This document shows positions 35,409 to 44,795 of a DNA stretch of 57,943 nucleotides, in pieces. A model generated the notes under the pieces. That model did not search any database. It was not told the DNA's origin and saw only the letters and a program-made list of their open reading frames with translations. Numbering within the stretch: position 1 is the stretch's first letter; the number at the start of each line of letters is the position of its first letter. Both the position numbers and the translations under genes were made by a program. Source of the stretch: Candidatus Zambryskiibacteriota bacterium (GTDB taxonomy: Bacteria > Patescibacteriota > Minisyncoccia > Phycocordibacterales > WO2-35-19); the NCBI GenBank assembly GCA_016932555.1, contig JAFGCQ010000016.1:1-57943 (forward strand). The letters run 5' to 3'.

Positions 35409-36821
35409 TTACTTTGCCGCGAAGAGCCAACTGTAAATCCTTTTTAAAATAACCTTGAAGTGTTTTGGACTTTTTATTTCGCTTACAAATTTAAACATAA
35501 TTTTTGGTCGAAGATAAAACCTCAACAAAGCCCGGCGGCGCAGAACTTTCATTTCTGTCTTAGTAAAACCTGGTGGCGCATAAACCGCATCAGCCAAAAC
35601 AAAATGGGCCCAGTCTTCATCTGACATCTCTTTAAGTTCGCCTTTTTCCATGAGTTTTTGAGTGGCTTCGGTGCCGGGAAAAGGTTTGAAAAGAGAAAAG
35701 CCGGCTCTTTTTAAATCTAGACTCATGGCAAATTTTATAGTTTCCATAATATCCAATTTAGTTTCGGTCGGATAACCGATAATAAAGAAACCGGAAACTT
35801 CGAGACCGCAGTCCTTTATAAGTTTTATTTTTTCTCTTATTTTTGCTGTAGTCAAGTTTTTTCTCATATCTTTAAGAATTTTATCAGAACCAGATTCTAT
35901 ACCTACTGAAATGCTGTAAAGGCCAGCTTTCTTCATAGCCTTAAGAAGTTTTTCGTCTAAAGAATCCAACCTAACACCATTGGGGCAGGTCCAGGTTATA
36001 TCCAGATTATTTTCTTTGAGTTTTTGGCAAAATTCGTAAACCAATTCATGATAAAAAGTAAAATTATCATCTTCAATGTGAATCTCTCTGATACCATAGT
36101 CATGATAAAGAATTTTAATTTCTTCAATTACTTTATCTACACTTCGATGCCTTATCTTCTTGCCAGAAATTAAATAGCCAGCACAGTAAGTGCAAGAAAA
36201 AGGACAACCTCGAGTAATGATAAGAGGGGCAATCGGATAATTTTTAAAAAACCCGCCGTGCGGCGCTAGAGGATATTTGTCTGGACGAATTAAATCCCAA
36301 CTCGGCATACCAAGTTCATCTAGATCTTCTACAAAAATTGGGGCATTAATTTTTGTTTGTTCTCCTGATCGCCAGATTAAACCTGGAATTCCAGACAAAT
36401 TCTCGCCTTGCGTTTGATTTTCTGCTATCAAAGCCAAGAGTTTTGTTAAACCAATCTCTGCCTCTCCTCTGAAAGCAAAATCTGCTTTTGGTAAAAATTC
36501 GAAAATATTTTGAGGACTGCAGGAAGGATGCGGGCCGCCTAAAATTATTTTCGCTCGAGGTAAAACTTTTTTAATGGAATTTATGTAGTCTTTGACGCGA
36601 ATTACATGAAAAGTGAAAATCTGCAGACCAACAACATCAGGTCTCTCCTTCTGTAAGATATTTTCAAATTTCTCCAGAGTTAAATTTTCTTTGATACCAT
36701 CAAGAATTTTTACATCATGTTTTCCTCTTATAGCAGTAGCTAAATAACCTAAACCAAAAGGCGGAATAAGCTCATCCGATTCGGAATTCGGCTTCATAAG
36801 AAGAACCTTAAGCCGTTTCAT
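35409..36821 (-). CDS. B12-binding-domain radical SAM protein (class B rSAM), paralog 3
   Basis: 470 aa. 'KVLLMKPNS...PPFGLGYLATAI' and 'TRGCPFSCTYCA'. TAATG 1-nt overlap with the upstream GT2. Confidence 0.85.
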   Translation of the reverse strand: MKRLKVLLMKPNSESDELIPPFGLGYLATAIRGKHDVKILDGIKENLTLEKFENILQKERPDVVGLQIFTFHVIRVKDYINSIKKVLPRAKIILGGPHPSCSPQNIFEFLPKADFAFRGEAEIGLTKLLALIAENQTQGENLSGIPGLIWRSGEQTKINAPIFVEDLDELGMPSWDLIRPDKYPLAPHGGFFKNYPIAPLIITRGCPFSCTYCAGYLISGKKIRHRSVDKVIEEIKILYHDYGIREIHIEDDNFTFYHELVYEFCQKLKENNLDITWTCPNGVRLDSLDEKLLKAMKKAGLYSISVGIESGSDKILKDMRKNLTTAKIREKIKLIKDCGLEVSGFFIIGYPTETKLDIMETIKFAMSLDLKRAGFSLFKPFPGTEATQKLMEKGELKEMSDEDWAHFVLADAVYAPPGFTKTEMKVLRRRALLRFYLRPKIMFKFVSEIKSPKHFKVILKRIYSWLFAAK

Positions 36822-37537
36822 TACTCAAAAAGATTAAATCTAATAATGTGCCAAATAGCAGCAAAACCATCTTTCCAGTTTATCTTTTTACCTTGCTCGT
36901 AAGTCCTCCCATAAAAAGAAATTCCCACTTCGTAAAGTCGCCATCTACCTTTGGCAATACGAGCGGTAATTTCCGGTTCAATACCAAATCTCTTAGATTT
37001 TAATTCGTGCTTAAAAGAGTCAGCCACCTTTTTGGTAAAAGCTTTGTAACAGGTTTCCATATCGGTAAAACTCAAACCAGTAAGCAAGTCAGAAAGTAGG
37101 GTCAAAAAAATATTACCCAAAAAGTGATAAACGTAAAATACTCTCTTGGCATCACCAGAAAGTATTCTAGAACCATAAACAACATCTGCCTGATTATCTA
37201 AAATCGGTTTTAAAATTTTTTTAAAATCTTCCGGATTATACTCTAAATCAGCATCTTGAATGATAAGAATATCTCCGCTAGCTGCTAATAACCCAGCTTT
37301 TAAAGCGGAACCTTTACCTTCATTTTTTTCTTTAAAGACGATTTTAAGATTTCCACCGGTAGAATTTTTTTCTAATTCTCTCAAAATATCTCGCGTACCA
37401 TCAGTAGAACAATCATCAACAATAACTATCTCTTTTTGCAAGGGTAAATTTACTGCTTGTACTCTTTTGAGGATTTCTTGAATTGTATTTTTTTCGTTGT
37501 AGGCCGGGATAACAACGGATAAAATATTATTTTTCAT
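36821..37537 (-). CDS. GT2 glycosyltransferase (dolichyl/polyprenyl-phosphate sugar synthase-like, no TM tail)
   Basis: 'LSVVIPAYNEKNTI', 'IVDDCSTDGT' and 'QDADLEYNPED'. Confidence 0.8.
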   Translation of the reverse strand: MKNNILSVVIPAYNEKNTIQEILKRVQAVNLPLQKEIVIVDDCSTDGTRDILRELEKNSTGGNLKIVFKEKNEGKGSALKAGLLAASGDILIIQDADLEYNPEDFKKILKPILDNQADVVYGSRILSGDAKRVFYVYHFLGNIFLTLLSDLLTGLSFTDMETCYKAFTKKVADSFKHELKSKRFGIEPEITARIAKGRWRLYEVGISFYGRTYEQGKKINWKDGFAAIWHIIRFNLFE

Positions 37538-37552
37538 TATTTTATGATTGTA

Positions 37553-38653
37553 TCATTCTAAAAAACCTAAAGGTAGGTTGACAAAATCCAATATGAATGA
37601 GTCCATAAAATAACTTGAGATCATATATAATGCCAAAATAGGAAGTGTAATACATAAGCGAAGATTTCTACTCAATTTTTTTATAAATAAACTGGACACC
37701 AAGATTGCAGCGGGCATAGTAATAAAAAGGACTCTAGTTACTACCGGCCACAGAAGAACCGAGATACAAGAAAAAATAACTAGCCATATGAATATCAAAT
37801 CTCTATTTATAATTTTGCTTTTAATCATATTTTTTGTGCGATTAAGTAAAAGATAAAAACCTGGGAAAAACAAGAGCCAGCCAAAGTTAAATATCGAACC
37901 AAAAGATTTTATAAATTCTAATGTTTTATTTTGGAAACTATATTTTTTTTGTTCTAGAAACCAGTCGAGATAAGTGTAATCAAATTTCAAAAAACCATAA
38001 ATATTTAGCAAAAGAAACGGACCAAAAGATATGCACCCAGTAATAATTACCTTCTTTAGTATTTTTAGCCAATCTGTCCAATCCCTAAATATAATTATTC
38101 CGAATATGACAACATAGGCCACGAAGGCATACTCCTTATATAAACCCCCTAGACCCACTAGAACAGAAGACAAATAAAGCCACTTATCACTCTCATTATC
38201 ATTTTTAAAATACTTATAAGAAAAATATAAAGAGACCATATAAAAAAACCAGCCCCCCATATCCATCATATAAGCAAGACCAAAAACAACTACAGCATAA
38301 TTAACTACTAAAAAAAGAGCGCCTAAAAAAGCCGTTAGTTTATCTCCAAACATTTCTTTAATAAGCAGGTAGGCCGATAAACCCATGAATACATAAAAAA
38401 TACCATTAAGTAATAACCAAGAGACCTTAAAGCTGTTAGTAAACAAATCAAAAAACATAATTGATTGCAATCCAAGATAAGTGCTGACAATCATCATTGG
38501 CATAAATTCTTCAGGAACTATACCCGTTTTTAATACTTCAATACTATCAGTATAATGGAAACTATCTCCCGCTATTTGTGGCTGAAGAAGACAAATAGAA
38601 AAAACGGCTAATAATATAAGTAGTCCAGAAATTATAATCTTATCTTTCGTCAT
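37553..38653 (-). CDS. Polytopic membrane protein, possibly a GT-C glycosyltransferase or polymerase
   Basis: 366 aa, about 10 TM helices. No motif that I can name, so the call rests on context only. Confidence 0.35.
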   Translation of the reverse strand: MTKDKIIISGLLILLAVFSICLLQPQIAGDSFHYTDSIEVLKTGIVPEEFMPMMIVSTYLGLQSIMFFDLFTNSFKVSWLLLNGIFYVFMGLSAYLLIKEMFGDKLTAFLGALFLVVNYAVVVFGLAYMMDMGGWFFYMVSLYFSYKYFKNDNESDKWLYLSSVLVGLGGLYKEYAFVAYVVIFGIIIFRDWTDWLKILKKVIITGCISFGPFLLLNIYGFLKFDYTYLDWFLEQKKYSFQNKTLEFIKSFGSIFNFGWLLFFPGFYLLLNRTKNMIKSKIINRDLIFIWLVIFSCISVLLWPVVTRVLFITMPAAILVSSLFIKKLSRNLRLCITLPILALYMISSYFMDSFILDFVNLPLGFLE

Positions 38654-38654
38654 T

Positions 38655-39515
38655 TTATTTTTTTCTGCCTAAAATATAAAGTTGAGTGGCTACCGCTTCC
38701 GCTCCAGGCATTTTCATAAAAAAATAATCTAAATATTTGAAAGGACCTAAAACTAACATAAAAACATGCGCTAAGAAGGGAGCCATCTTTTGAGAACCAA
38801 AAGAAAAAATTACTCCAAACCAGTAAGCCAAAAACATCAGAAGGGCGCTCCAAGGTCCAGAACGAACTCCTGATTTTACTATTTCCAAATCTGGAAACAA
38901 GCACTTTAGCCCAGAAATGGTCCATCGATTATAGTCATACGGCGAAGCATGATAAGGTTGAATAAAAGGCACACTTACATAAGCGTAGCCTCCTGGTTTT
39001 AAAATTCGCATAATTTCTTGTGATATTTTTTGTGGATTTGGAACATGTTCAAGAACCGCCTCAGAAACTATAATATCTGCGGAATTACTACAAAATGGTA
39101 GTTCTTTTCCATCAGCCACAATGTCAACTCCAGAAAAAGGAAAAATGTCAACATTTATAAATTCTTCACTAACTCTCCCTGGCCCAGAGCCAATATCAAC
39201 CAAAACACCATGTTTATCCCTATATTTAAAAATCATACGGGGTCCATTAACAGTCATCATCACCGGGCAAAAAATATGCCAAAGTAAATAATACAGTTTG
39301 GGAGATTTTTTAAAAAAAGATTTTAACCAATTAATACCCGAATTATGACTGCTAACATTTTTATCTAAAGTTTCTTCTTCTACAAAAATAATCCTCCCAG
39401 CAGCATCCTTTTTAAAAAGGCCGTGAGTTTTGCAAATATAACCAGACTCTACTTCTTTAAGCCCAGATCTACAAAACGGACAACAGAGAATATCAGCATA
39501 TTTTCTCATATCCAT
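38655..39515 (-). CDS. SAM-dependent methyltransferase with an N-terminal Trm112-like zinc ribbon and a C-terminal hydrophobic segment
   Basis: 'LCCPFCRSGL...YICKTHG' (CxxC ribbon), 'LVDIGSGPG', 'IIVSEAVLEHVPNP' and 'LKPGGYAYVSVP'. Confidence 0.75.
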   Translation of the reverse strand: MDMRKYADILCCPFCRSGLKEVESGYICKTHGLFKKDAAGRIIFVEEETLDKNVSSHNSGINWLKSFFKKSPKLYYLLWHIFCPVMMTVNGPRMIFKYRDKHGVLVDIGSGPGRVSEEFINVDIFPFSGVDIVADGKELPFCSNSADIIVSEAVLEHVPNPQKISQEIMRILKPGGYAYVSVPFIQPYHASPYDYNRWTISGLKCLFPDLEIVKSGVRSGPWSALLMFLAYWFGVIFSFGSQKMAPFLAHVFMLVLGPFKYLDYFFMKMPGAEAVATQLYILGRKK

Positions 39516-39569
39516 TTAAATTAACATAAAAAATCTTTATCGAAAAGAGTCGTTATTTTTAGCCTTATT

Positions 39570-40628
39570 TTAGGAATCTTGCTTTTGTTTATTTATTTCT
39601 AAATATAATTTATCAACCAAAATATTTAAGCTGTGTTTTTCTAAGATGTATTCTTGAATTCTATCTTTGATTATATTTTTTCGATTATCATCTTCTTCAA
39701 TCCAGAAATTTATTTTTGTCGCTACATCTTCAGCTGTATTTTCCGCAATTAGAATTTCTTCAATTTCTCCACCAAGAGATTTATTAATAATAACCGGCAG
39801 GCAGCCGCAAGCCGCCGCCTCTAAGATAGTCTTGTCAAAGCTGCCAGATGGAGTAAGATTTACAAAAATTTCGTGACTGCTATAAATCTTTGGAGTTTCA
39901 TAATTTGGCACTGCTTTGTAAAATTTTATTTTATCCTTTAAGTTAAGATTTTTAACTTTTGTTTTTATCGAATTAAAATAAGCCTTGTCTTTCGGTAAAG
40001 CATCCCCATAAAAATCACAAATAAAATTAACTCCTTTTTTATTCAAAAGATCCAATGCTTCAATCAACAAGTCAGGGTTTTTGATGGGTGATATCCTTCC
40101 CAAAAAAAGTATTCTATCTTTACATGACTCATAATTCATAATTCTTAATTCAGTATTGAAAACACCGTTATCTATTCCTACTGGCATTAGTTTGGTTTTT
40201 TTATATTTAGCTACATAAGCAAATTTTGAGGTACAAAAGACCTTATGCGACATCCAAACGGCAATATCGGTAAACAAATTTCCTATTTTGTGGTTCCTCC
40301 AAAGATAAACTTTTTTACCTATAAGTTTCCAAAAAAATCCGCCCAATAAAACATATTCTTGATTCATATGAACTAAAACTGAATCATATTCCCGATTAAG
40401 ACCAAGTATCAGATTAAAAAAGTTTTTTAAATATTTTATTCTATTTTGACCACTTTCTTTACCTAAAGAATAAATTTTAACGTTTTCTGGTAGATTATAA
40501 TTACCTTTTTCCAAACAAATCACTGATATTTTTTGGAATTTTTCCGATAATTTCAATATCCAATTATGAAAAAAACCCAAAATTGGATCGTCTATATCGA
40601 TTTTTTGGGTGAAAATCAAAATTCTCAT
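39570..40628 (-). CDS. Glycosyltransferase family 4 (GT-B)
   Basis: 352 aa. 'MRILIFTQKID' and C-terminal 'GSFDKTILEAAACGCLPV'. Confidence 0.75.
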   Translation of the reverse strand: MRILIFTQKIDIDDPILGFFHNWILKLSEKFQKISVICLEKGNYNLPENVKIYSLGKESGQNRIKYLKNFFNLILGLNREYDSVLVHMNQEYVLLGGFFWKLIGKKVYLWRNHKIGNLFTDIAVWMSHKVFCTSKFAYVAKYKKTKLMPVGIDNGVFNTELRIMNYESCKDRILFLGRISPIKNPDLLIEALDLLNKKGVNFICDFYGDALPKDKAYFNSIKTKVKNLNLKDKIKFYKAVPNYETPKIYSSHEIFVNLTPSGSFDKTILEAAACGCLPVIINKSLGGEIEEILIAENTAEDVATKINFWIEEDDNRKNIIKDRIQEYILEKHSLNILVDKLYLEINKQKQDS

Positions 40629-40816
40629 TCTATTTTTATAGCTTTAACTGGGCAATTGTCAATAATCTTCTTTACTTCTTCTATATCTTCTAAAGACAAA
40701 TCGCCTACAATTTCAGCTTTGAAGCTATCTTGATTGATTTTAAATAAATTTGGATTACAATTTTCACAAAAACCGCATCCTATACATTTTTCTTGATCTA
40801 TTGATATTTTTTTCAT
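40625..40816 (-). CDS. Small single-cluster [4Fe-4S]/[3Fe-4S] ferredoxin
   Basis: 63 aa. 'CIGCGFCENC' plus the distal 'CPVKAI'. Confidence 0.8.
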   Translation of the reverse strand: MKKISIDQEKCIGCGFCENCNPNLFKINQDSFKAEIVGDLSLEDIEEVKKIIDNCPVKAIKIE

Positions 40817-40825
40817 AAAGAAATT

Positions 40826-41947
40826 CTAACTTATTCTATTAATAATGTCAGCTAAAGATTTTTTATAAAATTCTAGATACTTTTCGTGATTTGGTAGAGT
40901 ATTAACTGATTGTTTAGCTTTTTCTCCCAATTTTTTAGCTAAATCTTTATTATTCAAAAATTTTTTAATAGCTTCCACCAAAGATTTTCTATCATCAACT
41001 TTAATTATTAAACCATTTTCTTTATTTTTTATAAACTCTCCAGCACAGCCTACATCGGTCATTATTATCGGGCAACCACAAGCAGCGGCTTCAATCACCG
41101 TCATTCCCCAACCTTCATAATTTGAAGTTAAAAGAAATATATCCGAAGTTTTATAATAAGAGGCCAAATCTGAAGACCAAGGTTCAAAAATAATATTAGA
41201 GTATAAATTAAAATTTCTTACCAAATCTTTCAAATTATTTTTTTCTTTCCCTTCACCAACAATAATTAGTCCGGTTTTAGGATTGTTTTTTATAATATAA
41301 GTCATTGATTTTATAGCTAAATCAATATTTTTTTCCTGACTAATCCGCGAAGCCATCAAAATTATCGATCCAAATTGAGGATATTTTTGCTTGAGATTAA
41401 TTTTCAATTCTGCAGATTTAAATTTCTCAACATCGATAAATATTGGCAAAATTACTGGATTACAATTCAATTTAATTTTGGATAAAGATTTTTTTATCCT
41501 CTCAGACACTACCCTAATACCATCTGCTTGGGGTAAAAGAAATTTAGAAACTAAAACTCTAATTTTATTAGAAAAAGATTCTTTCCAATAATAAGAACTG
41601 AATAAATCTCCATGAATTTGACATTGCCAAGGCAGTTTATATTTTCTTTTTATGAGCCAGCCTATGTGTCCAGTATCGGCTGGATCTTGAGTTATAACTA
41701 AATCATGTTTCTCTTTTTTTATGATTTCTCTAACTAATTTTAAAGCGTCTCGAGTATAGGTTAATCGACTGTTTGAAGCTGTAGCGAAAATGCCTAATTT
41801 TCCAAAAATTATCGGCTTAAAATGTTTCCTAGTCAAAACTATTACTGATAATTTGTCACAAAATCCTGTATACTCTTTCAACCTCTCTAAACTTGCCGAA
41901 TTCGGCTCAAAAATACCCTTATCCAGATTTACTATTAAAATTTTCAT
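40826..41947 (-). CDS. Glycosyltransferase family 4 (GT-B)
   Basis: 373 aa. 'TSNYEGWGMTVIEAAACGCPIIMTDVG' (EX7E region). Confidence 0.8.
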   Translation of the reverse strand: MKILIVNLDKGIFEPNSASLERLKEYTGFCDKLSVIVLTRKHFKPIIFGKLGIFATASNSRLTYTRDALKLVREIIKKEKHDLVITQDPADTGHIGWLIKRKYKLPWQCQIHGDLFSSYYWKESFSNKIRVLVSKFLLPQADGIRVVSERIKKSLSKIKLNCNPVILPIFIDVEKFKSAELKINLKQKYPQFGSIILMASRISQEKNIDLAIKSMTYIIKNNPKTGLIIVGEGKEKNNLKDLVRNFNLYSNIIFEPWSSDLASYYKTSDIFLLTSNYEGWGMTVIEAAACGCPIIMTDVGCAGEFIKNKENGLIIKVDDRKSLVEAIKKFLNNKDLAKKLGEKAKQSVNTLPNHEKYLEFYKKSLADIINRIS

Positions 41948-43380
41948 TTACTTTTCACTAAATTATAAATTCTTCTTAAAATTCTGCCAGTCCAATTTTT
42001 TTCTTCGATAGCTATCCCCGAAAGCCATTCAATGAGATAAATATCAAAAGGTAGAGCAAAAAATCTATGTTGAATACGCCATTCAAACCATTTATTAATT
42101 GGTCCCAATTTAAATTTTAATAATTTAAAATATTCGCGAATCCGCCAAACTTTTTCTCCATTAACCCAAGGAGAAGAAAAATCTCTTCGAAAACGATCAA
42201 TTTTGCCCCAATCTTCAGTTCTCTCGGGTGGCACAAAACCATGCTGGCAAGCAAATTCATACATCGTCGAACCCGGATAAGGCATATAAGCACCAAAAGT
42301 AATGGCTGATTCTGGATGAAGTTTATAAATTTTGTAAAAAAGATCAATAGTAGATTCGAATTCTATTTTAGTTTCTGTCGGCAAACCAACAATAGCTGAG
42401 TAACTAGCAGGTATATTATATTTTGCCAAAATTCTAACGGTTTTAATAATTTGCTCTACAGTAATCTTCTTATTGATTAGTTTTAAAATTCTGTCGCTAC
42501 CAGATTCCACGCCAATCAAAATATCAAAAACTTTATTGGTTTTAAATTCTTTAGCTAGTTTATCATCGATCATATCTATTCTAGCCTCTAAATGAGCTGG
42601 TAATTTAATACGCCTTAAAATTTCTAATGCTCTATCACGACTAACCATGAAATTATCGTCATAAAATTTAATGGCATCAATTTTATATTTGCTTTTTAAA
42701 AATTCTATATCTTTAACTACTTGTTCTATTGACCAAGCTCGCCAACGATTCTTGTTAAAAATCCGATTGTAACAAAAAGCGCAATTAAAGGGACACCCTC
42801 GACTAGTTTTGTAAGCAATTACTCTTTTGTATTTATCTAACTTATAAATAAATTTCTCTAAATCCAGAAGTGAAAAATCTAGAGTCCACTCATCAAGATT
42901 CTTAATAAATGGTCGGGCCGGATTTATTTTGGAATTGTTCATTTCTTTGTAACCTAAACCTAAAACTTCATTTAAAGGTTCTTTATTCTTTAATTTTCTA
43001 GAAAATTCAATTACCGTTTCTTCCCCTTCCCCAATAATTACAAAATCAATATAATTCTCAGACAAGCACTGTTCTGGCAGAAGCGAAGGATGAATACCGC
43101 CCCAGACAATTTTAATATTTGAATAAGATTTAATTTTTTTAGACAACTCTGCGCTGTACAAAGTTTGGCGACCAGTCATAACTGAAAGTCCCACGTAGAG
43201 CGGTTTTTTATTTGCAACCACTTTAGCTGTTTTCTCTATCTCTTTTTCAGTGATATTTATAAGTTCTACCTCAAAATTATTCTTTTTCAAGGCGCTACCA
43301 ATTGATAAGATACCTAGCGGTAAAATCTTTTCAGAATGATCCTCAGAATCATTTATTTGCACTAATATGATTTCACTCAT
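41944..43380 (-). CDS. B12-binding-domain radical SAM protein (class B rSAM), paralog 4
   Basis: 478 aa. 'ILPLGILSIGSALKKNNFEVELIN' and 'SRGCPFNCAFCY'. ATGA overlaps on both sides. Confidence 0.85.
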   Translation of the reverse strand: MSEIILVQINDSEDHSEKILPLGILSIGSALKKNNFEVELINITEKEIEKTAKVVANKKPLYVGLSVMTGRQTLYSAELSKKIKSYSNIKIVWGGIHPSLLPEQCLSENYIDFVIIGEGEETVIEFSRKLKNKEPLNEVLGLGYKEMNNSKINPARPFIKNLDEWTLDFSLLDLEKFIYKLDKYKRVIAYKTSRGCPFNCAFCYNRIFNKNRWRAWSIEQVVKDIEFLKSKYKIDAIKFYDDNFMVSRDRALEILRRIKLPAHLEARIDMIDDKLAKEFKTNKVFDILIGVESGSDRILKLINKKITVEQIIKTVRILAKYNIPASYSAIVGLPTETKIEFESTIDLFYKIYKLHPESAITFGAYMPYPGSTMYEFACQHGFVPPERTEDWGKIDRFRRDFSSPWVNGEKVWRIREYFKLLKFKLGPINKWFEWRIQHRFFALPFDIYLIEWLSGIAIEEKNWTGRILRRIYNLVKSK

Positions 43381-44795
43381 TTATTAAAAATAAAGAATTT
43401 ATAAAGTAAAAAATTTTGAATCATTACAAAAAAACCAGCTAGAATTTGCGAAAAAATATACCAAATACCAACAAGATCCGTGAAAACATATATAAGAATA
43501 GTGTTAGTAATCGTACCCAAAATCAAAGCTACTGTAAATTTTGAAAATTGATAATGCAATTTAGCAGTAATCATATCTTTAAAAACTACAAACTTCTGTA
43601 AAGTAAAACTTACGATAAGAGAAATAATAAAAGCCATGATTGAGGAATAAAGATACCAAATACCAACTATATCTGTCAGCAAATAAAGAACTAGGATATT
43701 TAATCCAGCTGAAGTGATACCGCATAGAAAATAGCGCAAAAATATAAAAGAATGCCAAAGATTCTTTATTATATTCGAATTTGCAATATCCGGTAAAGCT
43801 TTAAAAACTCTCACAAATTCTTCGGCTATATTATTCCAAGTGTGTTCAAAATTAAATTTGTTGATTTTTTCTTTAGCATTTTGATAACCTTCAGCTGACA
43901 TCATTTCTTCCATAGCGCTAACAATTTCATTTTCATCTAGCGGATTGACAAAAATACCAGCATCTTTTATGCGATCATAAATACCGACTTCTTTGGTGCA
44001 GATAAAAGACTTATTAAACCTAATAGCATCCAAAATCATATTGGGACTGATATCTCCTAAAGAGACTAGAATTACTGCATAACAAGATTTAATTCTTTCC
44101 ATAAACTTTTGAAAGGGTTCATTTTCTAAAAACAAATTAATATCTGGATATTTTGATTTTATTTTTTCAAAAACTTTTTGCAGAGTATCCAAATTTTTCC
44201 AAACTAAATTTCTCGTAGAACCCACAAATTCTTTTGAAGTCAAATTATTTATGTTTTCTTTGGGACCGTAATAATTTTCAATTATTAAAGTATTATCCAA
44301 GTTCAAATTATAAGGCTTCGCGAAAATATCTCTCTGCCATTCAGTAGAAAATACTAGTCTTAAAGAATTATTCAATGTCCATTTAGTTAATTTAAAAATT
44401 ATTTTTTCCTTTAGTGAAAAATTAGGGATTTCAGTTTGATAAAAATTTCTTAGTAATACTTTTTTCTTAGTTCTTTCCACATACCCTTCATACAAAAAAT
44501 CTCCCCCAGTTCTTAAAACACATTTTTTGTTTAAAAGTTTACAAGCAAAAACCGTCGGCAAGCCAACACTAAAATTATCTAATGTTAATACGAAATCAAC
44601 AGCTAGCACAGAAAAAATAATTTTCAAAAAGAAAAATCCATGCCTTATGCCAGTTGGTAGCTTATTTTCTATGTCATAAGTCTTTACGCAAACTTCATGA
44701 CCTAAATTCTCAAATTCTTTCTTTAAATTTTTAGCATACTGGGCTGGGCCGCCGATTTGAGGTGGATATATACCTGTAGTAATTAAAATTCTCAT
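43377..44795 (-). CDS. GT4 glycosyltransferase fused to a C-terminal GtrA-like 4-TM domain
   Basis: N-terminal 'MRILITTGIYPPQIGGPAQYAKNL'. The last ~130 aa ('FLRYFLCGITSAGLNILVLYLLTDIVGIWY...LQKFVVFKD...LYKFFIFN') match the GtrA-family pattern. Confidence 0.7.
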   Translation of the reverse strand: MRILITTGIYPPQIGGPAQYAKNLKKEFENLGHEVCVKTYDIENKLPTGIRHGFFFLKIIFSVLAVDFVLTLDNFSVGLPTVFACKLLNKKCVLRTGGDFLYEGYVERTKKKVLLRNFYQTEIPNFSLKEKIIFKLTKWTLNNSLRLVFSTEWQRDIFAKPYNLNLDNTLIIENYYGPKENINNLTSKEFVGSTRNLVWKNLDTLQKVFEKIKSKYPDINLFLENEPFQKFMERIKSCYAVILVSLGDISPNMILDAIRFNKSFICTKEVGIYDRIKDAGIFVNPLDENEIVSAMEEMMSAEGYQNAKEKINKFNFEHTWNNIAEEFVRVFKALPDIANSNIIKNLWHSFIFLRYFLCGITSAGLNILVLYLLTDIVGIWYLYSSIMAFIISLIVSFTLQKFVVFKDMITAKLHYQFSKFTVALILGTITNTILIYVFTDLVGIWYIFSQILAGFFVMIQNFLLYKFFIFNK

